Source: Mobula hypostoma | Taxonomy: Eukaryota | Assembly: GCF_963921235.1 (NCBI RefSeq) | Contig: NC_086097.1 | Span: 203,672,001-203,736,000 of the forward strand | Length of the DNA stretch: 64,000 nucleotides | Reading direction: 5' to 3' | Shown here: in pieces, positions 27,826-40,368 of the stretch | Layout of the letters: every line of letters starts with the position of its first letter | How positions within the stretch are numbered: the stretch's first letter is position 1 | Notes under the pieces: model-generated | What the model was told of the DNA's origin: nothing | The model's input: only the letters and a program-made list of their open reading frames with translations | Databases searched by the model: none | Position numbers and translations under genes: made by a program

Positions 27826-30297
27826 TGCAGTCATAGAGCTTAGAAATTTACAGCACAGAATCAGGCCTTATGATCTATCTAGTCAGTGCTGAATTGTTAA
27901 TCTGCCTACTCCCATCGACCTGCTCCCTGGACCATAGCTGTCCATACCCGTCCCATCCATATACTTACCAAATTTATCTTTAAAAATTCTTTACAAGTGC
28001 ATATGCCTAGAGTGGGAATAATCTCAGAAAATTGCATCTTTATAAAAGCTTTCAAAACCTAACTACAGTATGAGAATTGAATCCAGTCTATGTGGTGAAC
28101 TGCCTTATCAATGGGTTGAGAGTCTAGTATCGCACATTCTGAGCCATTTTAAAACACGACTCTTCCCAGACACTATGGTAACGGCATATGATATTGAAAT
28201 AACCACAACTGGAGCCAGAGCATTATAATATACTTACTAAGCAAAAGTAAACCACAGATTGTGTTAGTCTGTGGTTTTCATTTCCCCACAAGCAATCATT
28301 CTTCCATTCATCCTACATAAGGATCAACTTAACTTATTTAACAATAACATTTCTTGTGCTGAATATTTCTGTATAGTAGTATGATTCCCAGTTACATCAT
28401 TAAAACCATTTGACAAGGCAGTTCAACTGAATGATTCTGTCATAGACCGTTTTGAACATGAGACCAATTTTTACACTCTGTTTGAAGAGAATGATTATCC
28501 TTGAAAAACAAGTACAAAACATATGAACATACAAACTAAAAACAGAGTAGTCACCATGTAATTCAGACCTCAGCAATCTTCCCTTTACAGCAATGATTAT
28601 ACTTTATATAGTCACATTCTTTGTCCTTGAATTTCTAGATAAACACATTAGGTATCTTACTGGCATGAATCCTCCGTAAGTTTTATTCTCAGTGAATAGA
28701 AGAAGATATTGACGCTTTTGCTATCTTATCAATTTGTTTTCCTCGAGCGAGCCATATGACACTTTTATGAACTTTGCAGTACTTCTGGCCAAGTACAGCT
28801 GTTCTAACACCTGGCTAGGGAGCTGGATAGCTATTTGGAGTCTGCAATCAGTGACTGCTCCATTAGGGAAGTAACTCCCAACTCCTAACAATGTGAGGAG
28901 TTCAAAAGTGAACAAATCGTTGTATAATGTGCTAGCAGAAGACATAATTTGTGTCCTGCACCTGTAACGATGAGGTAAGCAGTTAGGCAGAGTTTGGACT
29001 CCTGGGATACAATACAATAAACTACACAGAATGAATTGTTTGGTTGCATGAATCCAAATCTGGTGGAGGTACTTCATTAGCTTTAGAGCCAGCTGCAATT
29101 TTCTCAAAGGACATTGCAAATGGTTGTAAAAATAGATTGGGCTCATACTGAAGGACTGGAAAATAAAGGAGGAAATACTGTATTATCAATAATTTAATCA
29201 AAATTATGTAATTTCATCTGTCAACTCTCCTTTCCAAAGAGACCTCAGAGAATTTCCAAGAGATATTCCCAAAGGAATTATTTAGAAAAGCTGGTAAATA
29301 TATAGAAGTTTATTCTATTTGTCAATAATAATATTTAAGTCTTTAATACTGCACAACCAATTAAGATTGGTTTAGATTTTGCATCCCGTATGAGTAATAA
29401 TGGTACATTGAAAAAATATTATCAGAAATGTCTGTTAATGAACTCTGGCATAACAGTGCATAGATGTAAAAAGGGTATCGAAGAATAAATATTCAGATGC
29501 TATTCTTTCTGTAACAAACTGTTGTCTTCAGGCATCACAAATGAAAAAGAGTTTGGTTGTCAGCATATGTTTACAAGCAGTTTGTGTTGTGTTGCCAGGT
29601 TCTTTGTTGTCAAGGAGTGGGATAGAATTAAGGAGCAGAGCTTGTGAAGGAAACCAAAGGTAGTACCTTTGGACGTCCTACTAATGAGTTGTTGAAAATT
29701 ATTGCTCATCCATTATTGGTTAACAAACAAAGGGTTTGACAAATTATGGACTGCAGAAGTATCAAGATAAGTGGTGGAGAGAGATAAAGCTGGATTTTAA
29801 TAAGGTGCTATTGAGTCAAAAGGATAGGTTTTCCAATCAGAGCTGATGAGTGGACACACACTTGCCAAACAGAAAAGTTGTTGTTTCCATCCTAGCAGGA
29901 TATCATATTCTATAAATATTATTACATAATCTTTTGCCAGTTGAGGAGTATAGCACCAAGAAATCTTAGAGAACTCCAGTTACTAAAGATGAAGTGGAGA
30001 AGCCATTGTAACAAGATAATGTGAAAAGTTGTCAGACACCAGTCACTGCAGCTCAGGACATCACTAAAGACTTTAGTCAGGGTACTTTACTTTATACTTT
30101 ATTGTCGCCAAACAATTGATACTAGAGCGTACAATCATCACAGCGATATTTGATTCTGCGCTTTGCGTTCTCTGGTGTACAAATTTATAGTAAATATTTT
30201 TAAAATTTTAATTTTTAATATTTACTATTAGAAATAGTGCTCATCTCCACAAAATTTGAGGTGACACAACAAATACACTGGAGTAAATAAGATGTTA

Positions 30298-31905
30298 CAT
30301 AGAAACATAGAAAATAGGTGCAGGAGTAGGCCATTCGGCCCTTGGAGCCTGCACCGCCATTTATTATGATCATGGCTGATCATCCAACTCAGAACCCCGC
30401 CCCAGCCTTCCCTCCATACCTCCTGATCCCCGTAGCCACAAGGGCCATATCTAACTCCCTCTTAAATGTAGCCAATGAACTGGCCTCAACTGTTTCCTGT
30501 GGCAGAGAATTCCACAGATTCACCACTCTCTGTGTGAAGAAGTTTTTCCTAATCTTGGTCCTAAAAGGCTTCCCCTTTATCCTCAAACTGTGACCCCTTG
30601 TTCTGGACTTCCCCAACATCGGGAACAATCTTCCTGCATCTAGCCTGTCCAATCCTTTTAGGATTTTATACGTTTCAATCAGATCCCCCCTCAATCTTCT
30701 AAATTCCAACGAGTACAAGCCCAGTTCATCCAGTCTTTCTTCATATGAAAGTCCTGCCATTCCAGGAATCAATCTGGTGAACCTTCTTTGTACTCCCTCT
30801 ATGGCAAGGATGTCTTTCCTCAGATTAGGGGACCAAAACTGCACACAATACTCCAGGTGTGGTCTCACCAAGGCCTTGTACAACTGCAGTAGTACCTCCC
30901 TGCTCCTGTACTCGAATCCTCTTGCTATAAATGCCAGCATACCATTCGCCTTTTTCACCGCCTGCTGTACCTGCATGCCCACTTTCAATGACTGGTGTAT
31001 AATGACACCCAGGTCTCGTTGCACCTCCCCTTTTCCTAATCGGCCACCATTCAGATAATAATCTGTTTTCCTATTGTTGCCACCAAAGTGGATAACTTCA
31101 CATTTATCCACATTAAATTGCATCTGCCATGAATTTGCCCACTCACCCAACCTATCCAAGTCACTCTGCATCCTCTTAGCATCCTCCTCACAGCTAACAC
31201 TGCCACCCAGCTTCGTGTCATCCGCAAACTTGGAGATGCTGCATTTAATTCCCTCATCCAAGTCATTAATATATATTGTAATCCTTTGCGGTCCTTTTTC
31301 TCAACTCCAATCCTAGCTCCCTATATTCTCCTTTCAGGACCTCATCCCTTTTCCTACCTATGTCATTGGTACCTATATGTACCACGACCTCTGGCTCCTC
31401 ACCCTCCCACTTTAGGATATCTCGGACACGATCAGAAATATCCTGGACCCTGGCACCAGGGAGGCAAACTACCATCCGGGTCTCTGGACTGCGTCCACAG
31501 AATCGCCTATCTGGCCCCCTTACTATCGAGTCCCCTATCACAACTGCCCTCCTCTTCCTTGCCCTACCCTTCTGAGCTACAGGGCCAGACTCTGTGCCGG
31601 AGGCACGGCCACTGTCGCTTCCCCCGGGTAAGCTGTCCCCCACAACAGTACTCAAACAGGAGTACCTATTGTTAAGGGGCACAGCCACCGGGGTACTCCC
31701 TATTACCTGACTCTTCCCCTTCCCCCTCCTAACCGTGACCCACTTGTCTGCCTCCCGTGGCCCCGGCGTGACCACCTGCCTGCAACTCCTCCCTATCAAC
31801 TCCTCACTCTCCCTGACCAGACGAAGGTCATCGAGCTGCAGCTCCAGTTCCGTAACGCGGTCCCTTAGGAGCTGCATCTCGATGCACATAGCGCAGATGT
31901 AGACG
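30298..31905 (-). mobile_element. Young CR1 copy with a large internal deletion joining ORF1 to the RT C-terminus
   Basis: ORF1 part 31266..31889 (VIGDSIVRG, VHIGTND) abuts RT part 30389..31261; TSD TGTTA at 30293-30297 and 31906-31910. Confidence 0.95.
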
Positions 31906-32007
31906 TGTTATCTTGCAGATGTTGTCCACATATGGAACAAATAAAATACATTACAGATGAAGTACAAAATGAATTAAATAATGTATGTAGTCACCTCGTT
32001 TTTGACT

Positions 32008-32145
32008 TCCTTTTCAGTCCTGATGAAGGGTCTTGTCCTGAAACATCGACAGTATATTACACTCCATAGATGCTGTCAGACTTGCTGATTCCTTCAGCAT
32101 TTTGCATGTGTTGTTCAAGACATCCAGCATCTGCAGAATCTTGTG
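32008..32145 (+). mobile_element. Penelope-type terminal-repeat fragment with a hammerhead core
   Basis: 32015-32052 reads CAGTC CTGATGA AGGGTCTTGTCCT GAAA CATC GACAG. Confidence 0.7.
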
Positions 32146-33090
32146 TCTGAGATCAATATTTACCAACCAAAGAGTTGCAGTTTTACTATGGCCCTATAGG
32201 TGGTATAAGTTAATTTTGTCTTTGAAGCTTAGCGTGTCAATGCAGAGAGGCTTTGCAGGAGTTTCATGACAATTTCAGAAGTGTGCTCCCACTGTTAATT
32301 ATGTCAAGTGGCTGAGTGGGTGGTGGAACAAGAGTTCCTGGACAAAGGCATGATAAAACAGGAATGGTTCAATAAAGGAGCACCTGCACTTTGTCATGGT
32401 TGAATTCTGAGTTTTCTTCTCTGCATTGTTTTGAAAGAAGCCAGGAATTTGCTAGTTCATCTTGAGAGAAAGAGGCAGCTCCTATTTTTTTGAGAACATC
32501 CTTCAAGTCCAGCCAAGGAAGGTGATGGCAAAAAGAGGTTTTATTCTGGAGTGTAAAGGCCGTTAGTGCAATTAAGGCATCCTGACAAGAGGTGATAGAG
32601 CAAGTTAAAACACATCTCTGGCAAACAGCTCACCCTCTCAGATGAAGAAGAAATTCTACCCCTGAAATAGTTTTTCCAAGATAATGAGTGCCGCAGTATT
32701 TTGTAACAGCACTTGCAAAGGCTTGTCCACAACACACCCACCAAACTTCCCCTCAAGCATCAACTTACTCACTCTCACTTGTCTCCCATTTTGTTCTCTC
32801 TAACAGTAACTGGAAAATTATATTCCAATATTTCACCTTTCATTTTCCTGACAGTCAGTTTTTATTCATTTAAAAATAATATTACATATTCCTTATTTCT
32901 ATCTACATGGAATGTTACAGCACAATATAAGTCTTTCAGGCAATGATGTTGTGCTGACTTTTTACCTACTGTAAGATCAGTCTGACCGTTCCCTCCCACT
33001 CAGCTCTTCATTCTTCCATCATTTATCTATTTTTTCTGTTATTTGTCAGTTTATGATTTGTTGATGACCAATTGGAAGTCCAACTTTATA

Positions 33091-34430
33091 GTTCAAAGTT
33101 CAAAAGTTCAAAGTAAATTCACAATTAAAGTATATATATGTCACCATATACAACCCTGAGATTCATTTTCTTGTAGGCATACTCAATCAATTCAATAACC
33201 ATAATAATGAAAGACTGCACCAAAAGGACGGAAAACCAACGTGCAAAAGTCGACAAACTGCAAATGCAAAAATAAAGGGAAAAAATAAGCAATAAATATC
33301 AAGAATATGAGATGAAGAGTCTTTGAAAGTGAGTCCATAAGTTGTGGGAACAACTCAGTAGGGGGCAAGTGAAGCTGAGTGAGTTTATCCTCGTTGGTTT
33401 TAGAGCCTGAACTTTTCCTGAACTTGGTGGCACGAGTCTTGAGGCTCGTGTACCTTCCTCCTGATGGCAGGAGTGAGAAGAGAGCATGGCCTGGGTGGTG
33501 GGGATCCTTGATGGTGGATGCTGCTTTCCTGCAACAATATTCCGTGTAGATATGCTCAATGGTGGGAGAGCGCTTTACCCACGATGGACTGAGCTGTATC
33601 CACTATTTTTTTGTAGGATTTTCCATTCATGTGCATTGGTGCTTCCATTCCAAGCAACGATGCAGTCAGTCAATATACTCTTTACCACACATCTATAGAT
33701 GTTTGTCGAAGTTTTAGATATCATGTCAAATCTTTGCTAAACCTCATAGGAAGTAGTGGGAGCTCAGGAAACAACCATAATATTTACAGTTTCAATCTTT
33801 GGAAATGTTTGAAAGTTGAAAGTTCGAAGTTCTGAGTAAATTTATTATCAAAGTACATATATGTCACCATATCCAACCCTGAGATTCATTTTCTAGCAGG
33901 CATTCACAGTAATTATAAGAAACACAACAGAATTGTGGCTGAGTGAGAGGGTGTTGTTGTGACACCACTCAGCCAGAATTTCAATCTCCCTCACCACCTT
34001 TGATTTGGCCTCTGACAGTAATGTTGTCAGCAGACTTAGATATGGCATTGAAACTGTGCCTAACCTCACAGTCATAAGTATAAAGCAGGTAGATCAGGGG
34101 CTAAGCACATAAGTTTGAGTTGCACTGTGTTGATAGAGATTGTGGAGGAGATGTTGTTGCCGATCTGAACTGACTGGAATCTGCAAGTGAAGAAATCGAG
34201 GATCCACTTGTACAAGGAGGTATTGAAGCCAAGGTCTTGAAGCTTATTGATTAGTTTTGAGGGGATGATAGTATAGAATGCCAAGATGTAGTTAATGAAG
34301 AGTGTCCTGATGTATGCATCTTCACTGTCCAGATGTTCCAGGATTAAGTAAAGAGCCAATGAAATAGCATCTCTGCTGTTGACCTGCTGTGACAGTAAGC
34401 AAATTGAATCAGATCCAAGTTGCTTCTCAG
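33091..34430 (-). mobile_element. Two Rex/Babar-type LINE fragments (33091-33752 and 33812-34430)
   Basis: ORF 34072..34359 LEHLDSEDAYIRTLFINYILAFYTIIPSKL..WILDFFT; HHPGHALFSLLPSGGRY; (TTTGAAC) tails. Confidence 0.8.
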
Positions 34431-36099
34431 GTAGATAACAATCCGAGACAGTGTGTGTTATTTCTGCTGGTCACCACTTGTTCTTCCTTCATTTATATGA
34501 CAGAGTCTATCTGAAGAAATATGCAGTTAGGCTAGATGTGTATAAAGCATTACTTAGAATACAGCTTCTTGTTCTAAACAAAATAACACATAATACTGGA
34601 GGAACTCAGCAAGTTAAGTGGCATCTATGGAATTGAATCAACAGTTGACATTTTAAACTGAAATCCTTCAGCAGGTTTGGAAAGGAAGGAGGCAGAAGCC
34701 AGAATATAAGGTGGTGGTGGGGTGGGGGGGGGGGGAGGAAAAGGAATATAAGCTGGCTGGTGAAAGAACATTACATTCTAGGGAAGATGTGATTGCACTG
34801 AAGAAAGCCCAAAAGCTTTTACTCGAATGTTGTCAGGGATAAATAATTTATCTTAATAGAATGTTTAAAAGGCTTGAATTGTTCTTTTCACATCAGTGAA
34901 GGATGCAACTTGTACTGCATTAGAAGGAGCTCTTTCAGTGAGAATAGGAAGGGCCAGTTTTCTTGACCTGCATTCCATTGTAGCCTTTTGGAAATACATC
35001 TGAAGTAATTGGTGCTAGAGTTATAGAGGCATTTGAAATCTCTTCACTGTACTTCCTGTAATGGTGTTAGAAGTAGAAGTCTTCATTTTTACAAAGTATT
35101 TGGTTATACAGATGAATTATCACCATCAAAAAGCCTATGGATCAAGAGCTTTGAAAATGGGGTAATGTTGAAACAAAGTAAAGCCAACCACAATAATAAT
35201 TTTTAGTACCTTTAATACAGCTAGATTTCTAACCCACTTCACAAGCGTATTCTTAAGCAAAATCTGACTCTGTACCATATTATTTGTCAGAGCAGTAGAG
35301 TTATAGAGGTATACAACATGGAAACAGGACCTTTAGCCCCTCTTGGCCATGTCAACCAAGATTCCCATCTAAGCTAGACTCATCTGTCCGCATACAGCCC
35401 ATATTCATTTAAGGGCCTTTCTAAACAAGTATATTAAAGAAAGAAAAAATGTTAGAGGTTTCAGGTGAGATTTTCAAAAAGAAGTTTATGACAACTGAAT
35501 AAATTCTATAAATAATGAAACAATTCATTTCAGGTCCAATTGTGATCCTGTAAGTGCAGCTATCTTGGATGGTTATGGACTTGGAAGAGATTGCAGGGAG
35601 AGGTGGAACGACACAGTGCACTGATTTAAAAACAAGAATGAGAATGTAAATAAGGTTGAAGCATCAGGAGTTGGATCTCATGTCCAAGAGGAACTCATGA
35701 AAGCTATCAAGGGTGACAGAAGACAAAAAAGGAAGCAATTTCAAAGCTGGGCCTTGAAGAAAAAGAAGTGGGGAGGCAATTATCGGATGGCCTCAACCTT
35801 GGCTTGTAGAGACAAGAGTCATAAGTCATGAGTGATTCAGGAACAGGAATATTTATAGATTTGGGCATAATGAATAGAACATAGAACACAGAATATAGAA
35901 TAGCACAGCATAGTACAGGCCCTTCAGCCCACAATGTTGTTCCGACCCTTAAACCCTGCCTCCTATAGTTATGGTAGATAATTAAAAATTAAAGATTAGT
36001 TTTATTTGTCACAAGTACATTGACACATAGAGTGAAATGTATGGTTTGTGTTATCGTTTTTGCGGCCCACAAGGGTCACCATGCTTCTGAAGACAATAG

Positions 36100-36295
36100 A
36101 GCATGCCTCCAACTCACAAACCCTAATTGTACGCTTTTGGAATGTGGGAGGAAACTACAGCACCCTGAGGAAACCCATGCAGTCACAGGGAGAACGTACA
36201 AACTCCGTACAGACAGTGGTGGGAAACAAACCCCGATCTGTAATCACTGGCGCTGTAAAGCGATTGCACTAACTGATATGCTGCCATGCTGCCCT
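36100..36295 (-). mobile_element. tRNA-derived V-type SINE
   Basis: Minus strand has tRNA-like A/B boxes then the V-domain core GGGTTTCCTCAGGGTGCTGTAGTTTCCTCCCACA. Confidence 0.7.
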
Positions 36296-36751
36296 GGTGC
36301 ATGCAAAACACAACTGTACAATTTGTAGTCCCAACCAAACCTGACCCAGACATCTTGTAATCTCAAACCAAACTTTTTGAAAAGAAAAGCAGTATGGTTC
36401 CAAGTTCTTATATTCAGATGCTTAAGGAGATGCAAATCAGGTGGAGTGTGAAAGTTTATCCTCCACCTCAAGGGGGATTTCACACCCAAGAATCATGACT
36501 TTATCGTGGGATTCTACTTCCAAGGAAATAACATGAACGTAGGTCATCTGGTCTACTGATGTGACAACATAAGCCTTGTAGAACCCTCATGGATTTCAAA
36601 GCTGACAACAATTGATTCAATTAAAAGGAAAATATCCAGAAGTTGCTTTTCACAAGACTGGGATGAATAGATCTCAAAGTACTTATTGCATTGGTTTGAC
36701 AACAAAATTTAACAATATAAGAATGCTGTAAATGTTGGCAATTCATTAATA

Positions 36752-37476
36752 TACCATAAGACCATAAGACATGGGAGCAGAGTTAATCCCATCAAATCTA
36801 CTCCACCATTCCATCATGGCTGATTTCTTTCTATTTCAATCTTTTTATTAAGTTTCAAAATTAATAAACATAGCAATAATAGTAATGATACAAAGAGATT
36901 GGGATTACATTAATAACAGTTAACATGTACAAGCACAGATTCTAAGTAACAAATATAGCTTAGCCTCCCAATCTCATAGTAACTAACCATGAAAAATAAT
37001 ATTTTATAAAGGGGTAAAAACCCTAAACTGAAAAAAGAAACAAACAAAGATTGGGCTGTCATATTACATCGGTTCATCATGGCTGATTTATTATCCCTCT
37101 CAACTCCATTCTCCTGCCTTCTCCCTGTAACCGTTGATGCCTTTACTAATCAACCTCCACTTTAAATATATCCAATGACTTGGCTTCCACAGCCATCTGT
37201 GGCAATGAATTCTACAGATTCTCTACCTTCTGGCTAAAGAAATTCCTCCTCATCTCTGTTCTAAAAATACATCCTTGTGTTCTGAGGCTGTGCCCTCTGG
37301 TCCGAGACTCCTCTCCTCATCCACTCTGTTTAGGCCTGTCAATATTCAATAGGTTTCAATGAGATCCCTCTTCGTTCTTCTAAGCTCCAGTGAGTACAGG
37401 CACAGATCCATCAAACACTCCTCATAGGTTAACTCTTTCGTTCTCAGGATCATTCTCATGAACTTCCTCTGGACCT
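36752..37476 (-). mobile_element. CR1 3' fragment interrupted by an L1-like insert
   Basis: (ACCATAAG)n tail; similar to 4218-4590. Confidence 0.8.
36827..37074 (-). mobile_element. Short L1-like 3' UTR insertion
   Basis: 15-bp TSD CATCATGGCTGATTT at 36812-36826 and 37075-37089; AATAAA plus A-rich end on the minus strand. Confidence 0.7.
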
Positions 37477-38797
37477 TGAGAGAAAATGCTGCAAGTCAAT
37501 TGATTTGAAAGAGCATTCCACGGATTGAGCCCTTCTCCAGGTTAAGAGTCCACTGGAAATCTAAGGACTGCAATCATGAGCATGTAGCTTCTTCCTCTGG
37601 TTTTCTACCAGTCAAAGTTACTACTAAATAACTGTGCTCCCATTGCTTTGGAAGAGATTTTCATTCTTGAGTTTCAGTAAGGGAGTCAAACGAGCCTGAA
37701 ATTTGAAGAACTATTTACAATGGGGACCACTTCTAAAGGTTAGAATTGCAAGACTGATTCAAAATATCACCAGAGTTATAGGTTTGACAAAGAAATGACA
37801 GAAAATTGCAACAGCTCCAAAAGGGTTCAATAGATTAGCTGGACTGAAAATAATATATTGATGTTGATAGGGGTTGATAGTGAAGAGGGAGTTATACTCT
37901 CTTTAGTGCTGAATCGAAGCCATGTTATCATTGCAAAACTGCATTGGGTGAGATGGGAATGAGGTCAGATGGATGCATGTCCTCTTCAAGTCTGAAAATA
38001 ATAGGAGATTCCCATTAGGAACTGCAAGTGGTTTGATGTGGATCTATGATTTCACAGCTAACCCCAAATCTGGTACTCAGAGGTGGGAGTCTTTGCAACT
38101 TCAAACAAGGGTGGGAGTGAATAGTGCCACACGGTTTACATTAGCAAGTCCACTATGAATGTGAAGCAGCTGCAAATTCACATCTGTACTGTAAACACGC
38201 AGAAGAGATCAAAGACTACATTTGGCACATGAGGAACAATGGGTATATTCAAGTAACAGTTTTAGATTAAGGACATATCTTATGACAGCAGTGATTCCAA
38301 TATGTCTGAAATTGATTCTAAACAATATTTTGTGAAATGTGGCCAACCATAGTAATAATGTATTTGTTAAAGTCCAAAATTACAGTGCTTTGACATCTGA
38401 AAAACCCTTCACAATGTGAAAAAGGACTGTGACATTTTAAACTGTATAGATTAATAAGGTTATTGTAGTACAATACGTTTCACCATCTGTGGAGTGTAGT
38501 GATGGCGGTGGTGATGGTAATGGTTCGGGGGGGGGTTGCTGGTGGTGCATTTGAAAGAATCCAAGCAATTACACATAGGTGACAATTGTTTAATGACAGT
38601 CTTAATAGCAAGGTGTAAGCCTCAACTAGCATACCTAGAGTAAACAGAATCTGTTCTGAAAATTGCAGTGTCATATATCGACATTAATGCTGCAGATATA
38701 CAAAGCCTCAATCCAATTTCTATTGTTATCCACCCATTTATTGAGAAGAAATGGGCAGCAATGTTGAAAATGATATCAATTAAATTCAGTGCCTTGT

Positions 38798-39130
38798 ACA
38801 TCATTATCATCATCATCATGAGATGAGCAATCATGCTCTTTTGACTATGATTATTCGTAGCAAAATTTTTACGGAAGTGGTTTGACATTGCCTTCTTCTG
38901 GGCAGTGTCTTTACATGATGGGTGACTCCAGCCATTATCAATACTCTTCAGAGATTGTCTGTCTGGTGTCAGTGGTCACATAAACAGAACTTATGATATG
39001 CACCAGCTGCTCATGCGACCATCCACCACCTGTGGCTTCACATGACCCTGATCGGAGGGACTAAGCAGGTGCTACACCTTGCCCAAGGGAGCGCTGCAGG
39101 CTAGTGGATGGGAAAGGAGCACCATATCTC
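38798..39130 (-). mobile_element. RTE-related SINE-like repeat
   Basis: Minus strand GAAGAAGGCAATGTCAAACCACTTC resembles the RTE/Bov-A-type motif; (GAT)n tail. Confidence 0.45.
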
Positions 39131-39300
39131 CATCCCACTTAAATTTAGTATAGATTAGGTGGACTTCTGCACCAATTTCTCTTTCATTGACTTTATAATA
39201 AGGCTGTGTAAGTCTTAATCCAATATTGATATATAACTGAAAAACTAACAAAAGCTGTCCAAGGATTTAAAGTGATCAGATTCCCAGAATTCCAAAAGAT

Positions 39301-39555
39301 GGCTTGGCACAGTAACGTAGCGGTTAGCGTAATGCTATTACAGTGCCAGCGATCCAGGTTCAGTTCCCGCCACTGCCTGTGAGAAACTCGTATGTTCTTC
39401 CAGCGACTGTGTGGGTCTCCCCCAGGTGGTCTGGTTTCCTCCCTCACTTGATTAATAGGTTAATTGGTCACATGGGTGTAACTGGGCAGCACAGGCTCAT
39501 TGGGCCGGAAGAGCCTGTTACTGTGCTGAACCTTAAAATAAATAAAAATAAATAA
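39301..39555 (+). mobile_element. tRNA-derived V-type SINE
   Basis: A box (TAACGTAGCGG), B box (GGTTCAGTTCC), GGTTTCCTCCC core, (AAAT)n tail. Confidence 0.75.
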
Positions 39556-40368
39556 CACAGCAATTGAAGGATGACCTTACTTAGGAGCCTGTAAAAAGCA
39601 AAAAAAAGGTATAGTGGATTCACAGGTTTGTAGATGTGTTGAAGGGACGGTCAGTAATAATCTGTCTGCTTTCAGCTCATCCCCATTGCTGTAAATATAA
39701 TAATTTTGAAACAACTATGAACATAAGATAATACTAAGCAAATTATCCCGACTTGGATAAAGTACTAGGCATAGCAGAGTTCAGAACTTCTTGAACCAGA
39801 ATATGTTTTTTCAGACACTGAAATTAATCCAAAACCCAATACATATAGTCCAGCTAGGCTTGGGTCATTAAGGTAGGGTTTGCACTTTGCCATGTAAGAG
39901 TCTTTTTCTGTTAATCCATGTCAAAAAAGCTGAAGGAACTCCATTGTGATTCTATGTTAGGAAGGGCAAGAATAGTAGGATCAGGCAGATGAATGCGTGG
40001 CTGAGAGACTGGTGCAGGGGGCAGGGCTTCAGATTCTTGGATCATTGGGATCTCTTCTGTGGGAAGTATGACCTGTTCAAAATGGACACATTACACCTGA
40101 ACCCAAAGGGGACCAATATCCTGGCGGGAAGGTTTAATAGAGCTGTTAGGGAGGGTTTAAACTAATTTGTCAGCGGGATGGGAACCAGAATGATAGAGCG
40201 GAGGAGGGGGAGAAACAGAAATAAATCTAAGATAGTGAGCAGTAAAGATGTCAGGAAAGACAGGCAGGTGATAGAAACATAGAAACATAGAAAATAGGTG
40301 CAGGAGTAGGCCATTCCGCCCTTCGAGCCTGCACCGCCATTTATTATGATCATGGCTAATCATCCAAC

